DNA of 64,000 bases from Chrysomallon squamiferum (lineage: Eukaryota > Animalia > Mollusca). Within the stretch, counting starts at the first letter, position 1. Each line of letters begins with the position of its first letter. Shown in pieces: positions 45,852 to 60,061 of this stretch. Location of the stretch: positions 21,018,001-21,082,000 of the forward strand of contig CM022672.1 in assembly GCA_012295275.1 (NCBI GenBank), written 5' to 3'. Below the pieces are notes generated by a model that saw nothing but the letters and a program-made list of their open reading frames with translations, ran no database searches and was not told where the DNA came from. A program made the position numbers and the translations under genes.

Positions 45852-46905
45852 TATTCAAAATATATCTTAGCAAGAGTATCCTAATTTTTATAAACCCACT
45901 GATATAAAATAATTTTGAAGCGCTCTCCAACAAAAATGAATAGACATTTATTTGTTTGCAGTCACACGCAGTTGATGGTTCCAAGCTGTAGGACACTAAT
46001 TAAGTATCACAGTCGTTATCGATCAGTTTATGTGCAACAAACTGAATGGCTTTTAATGAATAAAGTGTCGCCATCCTTTAATATCTAACAGACCAGCTAA
46101 TAGCCTTCGCATGAAATATTTTTTAGTCCTTGACCCGAACTTGGTGTGACATGAAACCATCCTAGATAAATAATGCGAAGGAAAATATATCAGCTACAAA
46201 ATCCTTTTTCCTAATGAAGTATGGTTTACAGCAGAAAAAAAATTAATGATCAATTGATTTCAAAAACCGCTGTGTGATAAACACAGCCTGTCCCGTTCAT
46301 CATTATTTTCATAAAATTTATCAAGTGCCCATTAAAATACGAGCGAAGAAGATTTGCCACTGGGACACTACATAATTTCTTGATTTTTTTGAAGAAAAAT
46401 ACATATCTGTTTCTGGAACTCTTTGGTGGCTTAGACAACGTGGCCAAATTGTCAGGTGACGTGACAAACGATTCTGAGTGTCTAATTAATTCTCCTAGTG
46501 ATTGATTATTTTAGACTCTTGACCTAGAAGAACCTCTGAGTTGATCTCGAGAGAATGCAAGGCGTGTCTGTGTGAATACGTTATAGCTTCCACCAAGTTT
46601 AAGGATCTCGTCGCAGTCTGAAGTGGAATATATAATATTCTACCAAATTTAATAATTTCTTCAGACACTCAATTTGAATATATCACCTTCAGCTGATTTA
46701 GTAGTTACTGTAAAAATGATAGATAAACAAAATAATTTGTAACTATAATTTAATTAAATAAATTATGCTACATCCATTATATTTCCTAATACAGAGGCAT
46801 TACAAATTCACAGATGAAAAAGAAGCTCAAAATATATTACACTTCAAAGAAATAAACAATATATTAAATTCGATGGGCTGAGAACAAGAGCCGTCTGATC
46901 TGAAA

Positions 46906-46941
<36 letters not shown>

Positions 46942-47829
46942 CGTTAATATTCAACATAATCTATATCAATTATTTTTAAACGCAACCAAGTTTGGGAGAA
47001 TTAATTTTAATGACTTCAGCATCGATTGTCTAAAAGTTCATTAAAGCGTTTCTTACTGCAACTTGTTTTATAGCCTTTGAGCCCTCACTGTCTACCTCAA
47101 ACAACGTTCCGTCTGTTCTATTACAAAATAAGCCGTGAATAATTCCGTGTATTAAGTGGTAACACCATATTGTTCATATAATTATCTCTACAGGTTAACG
47201 CTCGATGCTTACCCAGTAATCCACTTACTGAAGCTGACTTGCGCTCTGAAGTAATATTTTCATCTGCAGGTTCAGCAAATATATATGGAAATAAAACATT
47301 ATGTTCTTTTGGGTGCTTCTAAATACTGTTTAATCGATTACCAAGCTCTTATTTCCCTCTATCAGACTTGATCATGATAAAATAGACATTATCTGCTATC
47401 GCTGAACAAAATAGTGTTGCCTGCCACCAGTTCTGTTGGTGACCGATACATTTTTCCACAACTGAATTACAGCTTGATAACATTATGAAGATCAAAAGAA
47501 GCACAATAAAAGTCGTCTCGTCCGAATCATCCCACAAATAAATGAATAATGTTAAGGTGATAATTTTAATGAACTGTAAATCTAAGGACTGATAAGTATA
47601 TAAATATAAATGGAAATCAAACACATAGTTCCTGATGCTGAAACAATATATAAAAAAGAAGATACATTTCTAGTCTTCTTTGATTGATAACAGATGACTG
47701 AATGAATCCAATGATTTTCAGTTGAAACATAAAATGAGTCATAAACTGAAATCGATCAGGTACATTACAGAAAAAACGAAATTGTCAAATTCTACATAAC
47801 GTTGAAAGAGAGAGAGAGAGTTAAGAGTT

Positions 47830-47942
<113 letters not shown>

Positions 47943-50701
47943 AACAAAAAGAAAACCGAATATGGAGTAACAGGTGGAGATAAAGTAATTTCTCACCATA
48001 AAATGAATTAACAGAAGCTAATCTGAGAATTCAATCAACATTTTGTCATTATTCTGTACGATAATTAAGTCACACATTTATATTTTATAACAGTGATGTC
48101 TTCTGTCAATCTGTCTTCTCTATGAAATTTCATTAATATAAAACGATAACTACAATAATTTTACTTCTGTCTATGAAAAATTGTGCTCGAACTTTATGAA
48201 CTCTTTTTTATGTGAACTTTCTATTACCAAAAGAAAGGACATTTTCATTTTATCATTCGTTTGAATGTACATAATTATATGTGTATGTATATTATGCGAC
48301 TGCGTATGTGTAAATATATGTATATCTGTGTATATGTAGGTATATATTTGTGTGTATTTGTATATGTAAAAAAAATCTGGTGAATTTCATTCTTCTTCTT
48401 AATTTTTCTAATCTTTCTTCTTTTTTAATTTTATTATTATTAGTAGTGGTAGTATTATGTTTCTTTGTGTCGTGATATTAAAATTTAATAATAATTAAAT
48501 GAAGCGGAGCAAGTGTCTTGTGTTTTGCTTGCTTGCTTGACAATTTGGTTTTGATTCATAGTGAAAAGTTATCTCTTTCATAATTACTTATTAGGGTTTG
48601 AAAATCCTAATTTCGATCCTTTCAGTCGAACGTATCACATGTTAACGCTTCACATATCCACAATAATAACTTGCTACTCGAGCGAAGAGAAATTTTTGTG
48701 ATTTCTACATAAACACCAGTTTATTTGGGGACGAAAAAATCAATACAGTTCATGGATGTGTTCAGTTAGATGACAAGGAAGCCAGGGAGAATACAGACTT
48801 ATTTTTTTTTCTCTCTTATATCCCGAACATTCTGCTTCTCTGATGCTGAGAATTATTAAGTGTTGTTATATGAGTTATACAATCGATCATACAGTTTGAC
48901 TGGTGTGCGTGGTAAACTTTCCTGTGAAGCCAATATGTAATAATACTAGCGCATCATGAAGTATGGGGAAAACTGGAAATCTGGAGATAAACATACAACT
49001 AATCATACGTTCGGTTCTTCTTTCAACATTCTTGATTTTCTTGGAAACGTAAACGATCTCAGAGGTAATTAATTTTATTATTATTTTTATGGCTTTTTTT
49101 TAGAAACTGATACTGTTGTTTACAATCAGGAAACGCTTTGGGTAAACCGTTAGTGAGTAACAGTTACTGTGCTGAACCTCATTATTATACTTTGATACGG
49201 TTTCTCGATTTTAGCATTCCACGAAATCAAAGGGAAAAGGTCAAATATATGCCGATATTATACGTCCCCCAGAAAAAGTTTTCCAAATAGTAATACCTGT
49301 TTGATATAAATATATTTTTCTGTTGTTGTTTTTTCTCCGATGCTTCTTCTGTCGCCTTTATTAGTGATCATGAAGTATTAGTATATACGTGGTGATAGTT
49401 TTATTATTGTAAATTAAGAAAGGAATTATGTTACAAATATTTTCTCTGTTTATATAAGCCCTTTAAACTGATGTTACACATCAAGATTACGGTCATTACT
49501 CTGACTGTCGTTATCATCATCATCATCATCATCATCAAAATCATCATCATAATCATCACTATAAATATTCATTTGGTTTAAATGTCCTGGCTTATTTGTC
49601 GACGTATTTAGTTTATTCTTTATAACTCTTAACGCCTGTTCTGCTATCTTTGCTGCACTTGTGACAGAAAATTGACTGAAATTCCATGTTTTCCAATAAT
49701 CCCAGTTTACTTTGTGACTGATCATGTCCCTGACACTAACAGACGAACTTTGGTTGTATGTGACGTATAGATCATACCAGTGAACATTAATGAGCAATTT
49801 AAAGTTTGATAGTGTTCTTTACATAAAATATTATCCATTTTCAAATCATTCCTTTTTAACGTTCACATTCAAACCACTATTAAAAATGTATGTAGTTCTT
49901 TGTACGATGAAACAATTTATTTTTCTTATAGAAGTCTTCAAATACATCTGAACTTCCTGCAGGAAATTGGTTCATCAATACAACTGAAGCAGACGAATAA
50001 TTATATCTGGAGATGATGTCATCTTTTCCCCCTTAAGTTACCGAAATTAATGCTAAACAGTTTTATTTATGATTTTTTTTTTTTATTTTTTATTTTTTTT
50101 TTTTTTAATATAATTTCAACATTTTTATTTTTTTTTTTTTTTTTAATAATTTAAACAAAAAAAAGTTTGCTTATTTGTTTTGTTAACTGCAGATTTTTTT
50201 CAAAGATGAAATTTTTGTTCATCAACAGCAATAACAATAGCATAACACCACCACCACCACCACCACCATCACCACCACCAATAATAATAATAATTTTATT
50301 ATTATTAAATAAAATACCTCAAAGAACTAAAAGCTGATGCATATATCGCAGCTATCGTAGAGAAGAATAATCATAGCAGAAAAAAAGGTAATAATAATAA
50401 AAAAATAAACATTAGACATACGCATAACAGTCGTAAAATAACCAAAAAAAGCAACAAGAAACAAAATATCAAGTTAATAGAAGAAACATGCTGTTATCAC
50501 AAAAAAGCCTGTTTAATTTTGGATTTCATTTAATGTTATCAGAAGCTATTATCATTATCACATAGTATTTTTCTTTTAATATGCGATTTACAATGGTTCG
50601 CATGTACTTACATGCAGCATTTAACTGCAGAAAGATATATTGGCCATTAATTCTCGGAGCTATTTTAGGTATCAAGAATTATCTATTAATTAATTTATTT
50701 T

Positions 50702-50734
<33 letters not shown>

Positions 50735-52088
50735 GCCTATACTGAATTTAGTGAACAGACTGACTGTACAATACATTAGTAGTAATGAACAGAAATATTA
50801 AAGAAGAAAAACGGGTTTTATTTATTTTTATTTATTTTTATTTTTTTAAATTATTTTCTTATTGTTTTATTATTATTATTATTGTTTTGCGATAGTCTCT
50901 CGTGTCTAATAGAAAATAATTAAGTATGACTCATTTCCTTTATAGACTAAACAGTTTCGATCAGAATGTTAGGATCTGTTCTGTAACTGGAATGTGAAAC
51001 AAAATAAACCAATCAGAGCAAAACGGGTAAACTATTTTCTCCGCACCCCCACACGCTGACATCTGCAAATCGTAACATCCTGCGGTACTTTACTGTAATT
51101 AGTTTGTCATATCATTAACATGATTTCATCTAGGCGTTCTTTTCACGTTTATTACACGGCTTTGTTTTGACTACAGCTGATTACGGTAAGGGTTCCAGGA
51201 ATCGGACAGACAGAAAATAGCTGATTTTGTTGATATGAGAGTTTTTGTTTTGGATAAACAGTACAGAGTTACTTCGGTAAAGTACACAGTAGTAAGTACT
51301 CGCTGAGTTTAGAATAAAGACAGATAGTGAATAACTAATTACTATTTTAAGACAATTATAAGCTTTGTCGTGCTCAGGTTATAATGGGTTTTCGCTGTAC
51401 GACCTGAACATGATAAAGCCTGCATAGATATTTTGAGAGAGTAAACAGTTATTTCTTTTATCGTAGATAAATAAAAAATCTAATGAAATTAACAGTTTCA
51501 TTTCTCACGCTTTCGAGAGTAGTAGTTTCATACGTACTGATTTTGTTTTCGCCTATAACAACTCTGCATCGGTTTGTTTGTGAAGAATGCTGCAATTAAA
51601 CGCTAAAGAAGTAACTCTGAACCATATATATATGTAAATAACAAGTAATTTATCGGAGTAAAAATAGCTGTCTTCCAAAGAGCCATATTTTTGGCCAATG
51701 CCCGAAAATGTAGAAATGTATCTAGTTCCCGCTGTTTATAGTGATTGCAGGGTAAATAGAAAATAAAATTTCTAAATAAATAAATAATAATATTATTAAT
51801 AATAATAAATAAATGCATGTCTTTATTTGTTCTTATTTTTCTTTTTTACGTCCAAACAATGGCAGTGGTTACAAATTAACCAAATTAATAATACAGTTTG
51901 AACCTATGCAACAGGCTTGAAATTCTTTAGGCTTCTATTAACCATTTTCTTCAGACAACTCTCAAGAAAGACCCCGAGGCTGTAGCATAAATTATTCTCC
52001 CACACAGCTGATGAGACCAATAGGCTATACAAAAATGTTATTCGCTGGAGAGCATGGCGAGAAACCAATTGCTACTGAAAACAAAGTA

Positions 52089-52427
52089 CAGGTACCGGAC
52101 CAGTTATCCGGCGTCCTGAAATCCGGAAAGACCAGAAAACCGGAAGTGTTTTCCCCTGCTATTTTCATAGTCCGTGCGCGCGGGTGTTGTCCTCACCAGA
52201 TGAGAACTACTCTTTCAAGCCGCATGGCGTTCATTCACTCGCCGCATTGTTTACGTGTCAAGTCGCTCAGTTGTGTATCGTCAATTTTCTTTATGTTTTT
52301 AATTTTAAAATGTTTATGCCTAATTATTTACGTATTTAGGTGCCTTGGTACCAGAAAACCGGAAAATCCAGAAATCCGGAATGCCTCAGGCCCCAAGGAG
52401 TCCAGATAATTTTTGGTCCGGTACCTG
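52089..52427. mobile_element. Tc1/mariner (pogo/Tigger-type) MITE
   Basis: Perfect 14-bp TIR CAGGTACCGGACCA...TGGTCCGGTACCTG, TA on both sides, and subterminal aaatccgga/aaaccgga repeats. Confidence 0.9.
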
Positions 52428-53523
52428 TATTAGCCAGTTTATTTAATCATGCTGTGACGTTACTAAAACAAAACTTCATAAACATCTAACCTTTCAACCA
52501 GCGGATTATTTCGGACGAAAAGCTATGCTACATGGCACGAGTCAAGAGCAGATTAGTAATGATTCCAAATCAGAATAAACAAGCCTATTAAATACAACAT
52601 CTTTTTTCATAACTGAATTATTATGTTTTAAAAATTATATATGTTTTTAATAAGTAATACTCAAAAAGAATAGCAATCTATGTATCTTAAGTCATATGCA
52701 ATTTAAATTTGAGTTTAATAAACATAGACCAACTGAGATAATATTTAACAAAATATTTCATTATACTGCTAAGCATAGTTTATATAATACACTTTCTATT
52801 TCATTTTTAATATTAATGTTTGTTATCTTTTTATAATATGTCAGAATTTCCTTATGTCATATTCGGAAATATTAACTGTAGTAAATATTCTTAGAAACGA
52901 TTTTTCTTTTTGTTCAGCACTTCTAAGTTTTTATGGCTACAGGACAGAAGAAATTTAACTGTTAAGATATACTATTCCATGATCATTTCAGATCCTAATC
53001 TTTAACCCGATGTTTATCTTGATTGATGTTTTTTGGATCAAAACTGGGATATCTTAGTCAAAATCATGACCCAAAGAGGAATTTTAAATCCAGGATTAAT
53101 CAGAAAGCCTGGAAGGGTTGGAACACATCTTAGACTATTAATAATAAAATAAGTAAATATTCAGAAATTTCTCTTTCTTTCCAGTCCTTCTGGATTAGTA
53201 ATTATTTTCGTTATTAAAAATATGCAAGTATTTTATAATATTAAATGTCAACATGGTATTATATATCCTTTGGGGCTGATTGTAGTTATGGATGTTCAAA
53301 ACACAGCTTTGTGATATATCCTATAATTCATATTTTAATAATTAATGAATCAGCTGATATGCTTAGAACCAAAGAGGATGATTTGGTTATGTGGTCTGCT
53401 TATATCTGCTTAGTGTATTTTATATCGTAAGCAGACATCTTTTTTTTTTTCTTTTTTTCTTATTGTAGTTTTGAAAATGGTTCTTAATTATGATTTCAAA
53501 ATATCATTCAGAAAATTAAAACA

Positions 53524-53610
<87 letters not shown>

Positions 53611-53784
53611 ATACGTATCGACTAAGAATAATGTAAAAAAATATCCCAGTATATTTTATTATATTCTATTTTCAAAATGTTTTCAAGAAAAACAAAATAG
53701 GAACATGATGGAAGGGATACTTGGTTTAATAGTCGATCAAAGTAAACATCATTAATCATATATCCTATGTCAAATATCATCATC

Positions 53785-53818
<34 letters not shown>

Positions 53819-54393
53819 AGAAAAAATAAATAAAATAAAGCTGCTTAGGAGTTAACCATGAAGGCAGATTAGGCAAACGAATGAGATTCTTTAAATTTTA
53901 AAGGTTAAACTTTCAATGACTGTTTCATTCCAGGTTAAAACGTATAATTTATCTGCAGTTATAATATCAACTGTGGCTGACATAGGTTAATTACTCATTA
54001 AGAATACAGAAAGACGATGGCTTATTATACTCATCCACAAAGAAAATGTCAGTCACAAAGACATAACCATCTGCAGACGCACTGACACGTATAGCTGAAC
54101 TACCACTGTAAAGGTCTCACTCGGTAAAACAACCCTATCAAAGTGTTAAATATATTATGATCATCAGTTATTATTAAATACATTTTCTAGATAATAATAG
54201 AGAAATTATCTGAGACATGCAGTTAACGTACAAACAACAAAAACCTTATTATGCATATTTGTAGCGCAAAGTGGCATCGCATGAGTTTATAACATAACAG
54301 TGTTGGAATTCTATGACAATATACATTATTATTGTATTTCCTTGACATGATATTCAGCAATTTTCTTATTTCATTTTTTGTTTTCTCTTTCAG

Positions 54394-57300
54394 AGACCGA
54401 AAATGGCACAGAATCGCCAATCAAAGGTAATTTTGGAATAACAATGAACTTAACTTAATAATAATAATTCCCCAATTACATTCTGATAACTATATTTTTT
54501 AACGATGTACGACTGAGCTTGTTAGACTATAAACCCAAAGCTTGTTTATGTATGTGAGTAAAAAAGGTCACATTGGTACACGTATGACAAAGAACAGCAG
54601 TCAATGTTTGTGAGAGAGTTGCGGTGATAATTACGGATGTATCTGTGAGAGCTGGTCGGTGGATGTTATTGTATGTCTGTAAGAAGCTAGGTGGATGTTA
54701 TTATATGTCTGTAAGAAGCTAGGTGGATGTGGATACATGTCTGAAAGAAGGCGAGTTGGGTTTTGGTTGTGAATATATGTGTGAAAGGTGGTGCGTTGGT
54801 GGGTGGTTATGTATATATATGTTCGAGAGAAAATGGGCGGATGGATAGTTCTAGATGCATATCTGAAAGAAGACGGGTGGGTTGGTGTTTGCGGATGTTT
54901 ATCCGAGAGAAAAAGTGGTTGTGGATGTATGATTGAAAGAGAGTGGGTGATTTCGTATTTGGGTTCAGATATATTTATGTGAGAGTTTAATTTTAAATGT
55001 GGGTAGACAGATTGCAAGAAAATCTCATTTTGACTTGAGCAGCTTCCTGTCCTTTTCTTGAGAGTTTATCGTATTACACTGTCTACAGTAGCAATAATAA
55101 ACTGTGTTTGCTGACATCAGGGTCTTCGTCTGTCGTAGAGTATTTAACATCTCGTTAGCGGCAACGGCTTTTGAAACAAAAACGGATAAATGAAATGACT
55201 TTTAGGGCCCAATAAAACAGCATAGGTTTACCGAGGCCAGTCGGCGAGTGTATAAATCAAATTAGTCGATTAGTCTTTTTTTTCTAGACCGTTAAAATGT
55301 TATCAGTCAGAACGTGCACGAGGCTTGCGTGAGTCGACGAGATAAATTAAAGAAGATGAAACCTTTATTTAATTTAGAATTGCACGAGAACGACATTGTT
55401 ATATCTGACAGGATTTTGTAATTAAGTTTATTTGTCTAACATTTGTCTAACATTTTTTATCTGCTTAAAAGTTGATATTAAAAAAAAAAAAAAAAAAAAA
55501 AGTAATTAAAAAAAGGTTATCGAGTATATATTTCTATAAATAATTGCGTAAATTGGGTTTACGAATAAAGAAAATATAGATAAGTCTTCTTTTTTTTCTT
55601 ATAGTCGTTATTTTTCTTATTCTAGTTATTTTTTCATTTATTTTAAATTTGTCTTGTCATACAGATAAAGAGATGTAGAAAAAATAGACAGGCAGACAGA
55701 TGGAGAGAAAAACATATAGGCAGAATATCTTTTATTATATCCTTTGTAACACTGATGATCCCCAACAGTAATTCCACTGTCATCAAGGGCTACGTCTACG
55801 AGTAAAAAGCACCTTTCTAAAAATCGTTAAAGTATAAAATCCAACGAACAATTCTTCATTGGCGTTCAACAATATATCGTTTAACCATCCCAGTTCAGTT
55901 TAATTTTACTCTATTTATTTATTTACTTTATTTAATTTGTTTTAAATTTAATTTTACTTTATTATTATTATTTTTTTACAGGATATATCTGAATATGATA
56001 TTTACATTTTGCAGATGCCAAATCGACCTCCGATATCGCCATTTACGTTCCGATACTCATCTTCTGTTTTCCTGTCATTGTCATGGCAATTACGTGCTTC
56101 ATGCGGCTGCGCATCAATGTTTTACAGATGAGGCAACGAAAAAGTTTACACAGAAAGTGAGTATTTAACGTGCATTTCATTTGATACACATAATTATCAA
56201 ACTCATGTACGCTTTAGCAAACGCACATACTGAGGCAGATAGAAATACATACACCTACAACTCGAGTCAGACAGTTGTAAACATACATACATAAAGAGAG
56301 ACAGACAGACAAAAACACACATATACATACATCCAAGAATCACATATTACGCAAAAAAAAAAAAAAAAAAGCTACAAAGAAGCAGCATTAACAATATTTT
56401 ATTGTTATTATTATTATTTTTTTTATTATTGAATTAATAAATAAAACGAAACAAAAAATCAATAAATAAAAGTAAAAAAAAAAGAAAATAATGAAAAAAT
56501 CAAACACTTGTGAACACTAACACAACCGTACTATCATCAAACACGCAGTAATAGATATTGATGCATACATCAAAAGAAGTGTTGCATACATTGATTTTTG
56601 GAGATAATAGTTTTGTCGAAAGATGATACATTTGGTTGTCATAAATACAATAACAAAATGTCTTCCTGCCGTGAAGTTTAACGGGAACCTTTCTGCTGGA
56701 AGGCATAATTCTAAAAGAGATTATTAAAATATGACGAAAAGCCCTGTTTCGTTGATATATACACAATTCGATATGTTCAGTCAGATAACAAATAAAATAT
56801 AATTAAAAAATTAAAAAATTAAAATGAGAAAGAAAGAAAAAAAAAAACATCCTTTAGAATTTAAGCTTTCATTGATTGTCACGTTATCTTCTTGCTTTGA
56901 TGATTTATTTGATTATTTGGTTGACGGTATAAAAAAAAAAAAAAAAAAAACAAAATAGTAATAAAAAAATAAAACAGAACATTGATAACGGAAATGGAAA
57001 CTGTTTCTGAAACTTACTTAAATGTCACGACGACAATGTCATTCTCTTTACTATATATATTTTTTAAATATCAGCTGATAAGAAAGTTAGACAAATGTAC
57101 TAAATAAACCAAATTATAATATCAAGTTATCTTCTTGCTTTGATGAATATATATATATATATATATTAAAGACAATGCCATTGTCATGATGACATTTAGG
57201 TAAAAATATCCCTTTACATTATCATTGTTCTATTTTTTTTTTTTTTTTTTTTTTATAATCTTCTTTTCCTTTGTCATGTTACACTTTACTGTTATCCTTC

Positions 57301-57677
57301 ATTATGTCGACGTTTCTACAGACAGTTAATTTCATTATCAAAAAAATAATTTTTAACATTAATAACAATAAATACTTCATAAGAAAACAACAAAAAAGGA
57401 CAAATAATGCTATTTTAATGTACGCAAAAATATAATAAAACTGCTATTTATACAGTTCTCACCTCCAGAGTTAATTTCTTGTTATATATAGATAATACAG
57501 TGTATATAGTATATATATATATTATATAATAACTGCATAAAGCTGATTTCTTTCTGTTGCAGAAATCACTCAGTTTCCTTCCCACTGGTCTCAGAGAACG
57601 GGGCAGCTGCGGCCAACAGGCGAACACAGCAGGACGCTAACAAAATCATTATGTCTGAATCGGAAAAATCCCATTGA
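54394..57677 (+). CDS. Small single-pass membrane protein, 5'-partial. Exons 54394-54426, 56015-56156, 57563-57677; possible upstream exon 53959-53985
   Basis: Phase-compatible splicing gives ETENGTESPIK-DAKSTSDIAIYVPILIFCFPVIVMAITCFMRLRINVLQMRQRKSLHRK-NHSVSFPLVSENGAAAANRRTQQDANKIIMSESEKSH*. It has an N-glycosylation sequon (NGT), a ~22-aa hydrophobic segment and a basic juxtamembrane stretch. The splice sites are strong. Confidence 0.7.
54645..54960. repeat. Degenerate ~30-bp minisatellite (ggtggatgt...atgtctgtaagaagct)
   Basis: Near-identical copies at about 54657 and 54690, decaying to the right. Confidence 0.55.
56928..57258. repeat. Long imperfect inverted repeat (foldback) in an intron
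   Basis: 57020-57050 matches the reverse complement of 57167-57197 at 26/31. Outer arms agaacattgataa / ttatcattgttct and poly(A)/poly(T) continue the pairing. Confidence 0.75.
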
Positions 57678-57687
57678 CCAGAGACTC

Positions 57688-58030
57688 TATACATTTAAAT
57701 GTTCTTCTCAAACAGTGTACTGTACACATTTAAATGTTCTTCTCAAACAGAATACTATATACATTTAAATGTTCTTCTCAAACAGTGTACTGTACACATT
57801 TAAATGTTCTTCTCAAACAGAATACTATATACATTTAAATGTTCTTGTCAAACAATGTACTCTATACATTTAAATGTTAGGGTCAAACCGTGTACTTTAT
57901 ACATTTAAATGTTCTTGTCAAACAGTGTACTTTATACATTTTAATGTTCTTGTCAAACAGTCTACTGTATAGAGTTACGTGTTCTTGTCAAACAGTCTAC
58001 CGTGTACATTTAAATGTTCTTGTCAAACGT
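57688..58030. repeat. 35-bp minisatellite, ~10 copies, with palindromic core ACATTTAAATGT
   Basis: The core starts at 57691, 57726, 57761, 57796, 57831, 57866, 57901, 57936, (57971) and 58006. Segments 57691-57760 and 57761-57830 are identical. Confidence 0.92.
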
Positions 58031-59030
58031 GTTAAAAGTCAGGAAACTTTCAGACTTTTAAGTTTTCAAAACGAACGAACTCTTTATACGAATGAAGACA
58101 AAAGAACCTGTTGATAAATTCAGCGATGATGTATGAATAATCAAATACATTTTGAAGATACAAGTGAAGAGCAAACAGCTGCTGTCTTGAGTAATGGAAA
58201 AACATTCTTTTCAGTTATATTTGTACAAATAATATTGATTTATTCTAGAGATATATTAAATTATATCAAACAGATGTGAAAAATTGGCTTTTTCGTGACT
58301 GTTAACATAAATGATTATACCAAATTCTAATAATTATTAAGACATGAACAAAAAAAAAAAAAAAAGATTATGTCACGATTTTAGTGTTATCATCGTTTCT
58401 GACAAATCGCTCTGACTAACTAGAACAAGTTGAGTAAGTTTCAATGTTCTGAGATATAGATTAATACGAAGGTTCCGTATTTTATTTAATATAATACGTT
58501 TTTCAGGTAAGCATTTTGAAACTACCGTGACTCAGGCTTTTGTTCTTTTCACCATTCTTCCATACGAATGTTCCGCATTAGACTTTTCTCTAAACGTACT
58601 TGAACGACAGAACATTTGCTTTTATAATCCTAATGCTTTTTTAAAAAATATTTTATTATCAATCGCGTTACTGCGACTATTGTGAGGGAATTTTACATTA
58701 ATTTTTTTTTATACTCTGGTAGTTTAATAAACACAAATTAATGAGACATGATTTAACAAGAAACGTGTCAAAATGTTCTTCTTCTAGTCGATTTTTAGTG
58801 AAGTGACTCTGAAACGATTAACGTAAATGTAATTTGAGTCTAATAATTAATCATTCATCATTTTAAAATTGTCAAATAACAGTTTGTATACTTTTCGAGT
58901 GACTGGTTATTGGCGATGGTATTTAAGCAGTTAGCACTTATCTCATTCTTAATTTTCTGAATTTTCATCACATTGGTATATATATATACATACATATATA
59001 TAACCTTTGTTTCTTCTTTTTTTCTTTTAC

Positions 59031-59121
<91 letters not shown>

Positions 59122-60061
59122 GTAAAAAAAAGAAAAAAAAAAAAAAACAAAGGTATTATTAATAACAGTAAATCCGGACATATTTTTGTATAACAAGAAT
59201 AGTATCAAATAAGCATTCCATTAACTGTAAGAACCTGCTATTATATGTCATTTTCTCAGCTGACATCAGGATCGATTTAGGTTCGATTTAGCTCTTCGAA
59301 AATTTGATATTTAGCGGTAGGCTTTTTTGTAAAATAATTTTACTAATGATTTATTCTTTCGTCTCTATGGCAAGAATTCACTTTTAGTTGTCAAATTTTC
59401 CTTTTCATAGCTTTTACCTTGTCCCGAATATGTCAGATATATATGGGTCTTTGAAAGTGCAGACAAAACGCATGCCAGGTCGAAAAGGAGGAAAGAGAAT
59501 GTTTGATTACATGACAAAGTACAAGTGACGTTTTATATGACCTCTTCATCGACACAGAAGAAAGACCACGTCATAGCAAAAGGTTGCTGGAAACTGCATT
59601 TGTCAAAGCCATGATTAAAGATGGCTTAGTTACCCTTCTGTTACTCGTCAAAGACATCACCAGTTGCAGTTTCTCTCTGTCATTATTTGTTAATTCACTG
59701 ATTTTGTTACAAAGTTAATATATATATATATATGTATATATAATTACACAAGTATGAGCGTACACATTTCTTGGCTTGGCAATATTTCCAAACATGTACA
59801 TATAAAGACGTATATAATTCTGTGTGTGTATAAATATATAGATTACAATTTGATAATATTTTTCTTTTTTCTATACATGTACGGACAAGTTGTAACGGGT
59901 GTGTATGAATGAGTGCCTGGAATGCATTACCAGATACATATCTGCAAGACATTTACAAAAGAAACACGATAAACATACACACATAAATCCGGAGAAATAT
60001 TTCTCTAAGATTCACAAACATATTCATATACAAACATGTATACATATACATAAAGAGTGTA

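Noticed and set aside
52011-52409. 132-aa ORF
   Set aside because: It lies almost entirely within a TIR-bounded MITE and has no transposase motifs.
55982-56014. Alternative in-frame acceptor 33 nt upstream of the TM exon
   Set aside because: It introduces an in-frame TGA.
57688-58030. CRISPR-like array (35-bp palindromic repeats)
   Set aside because: Units are head-to-tail with no unique spacers, there are no cas genes, and the context is eukaryotic.
59265-59300. tRNA-like GGTTCGA motif
   Set aside because: There is no cloverleaf or A-box; it is only a short atcgatttag/ttcgatttag repeat.
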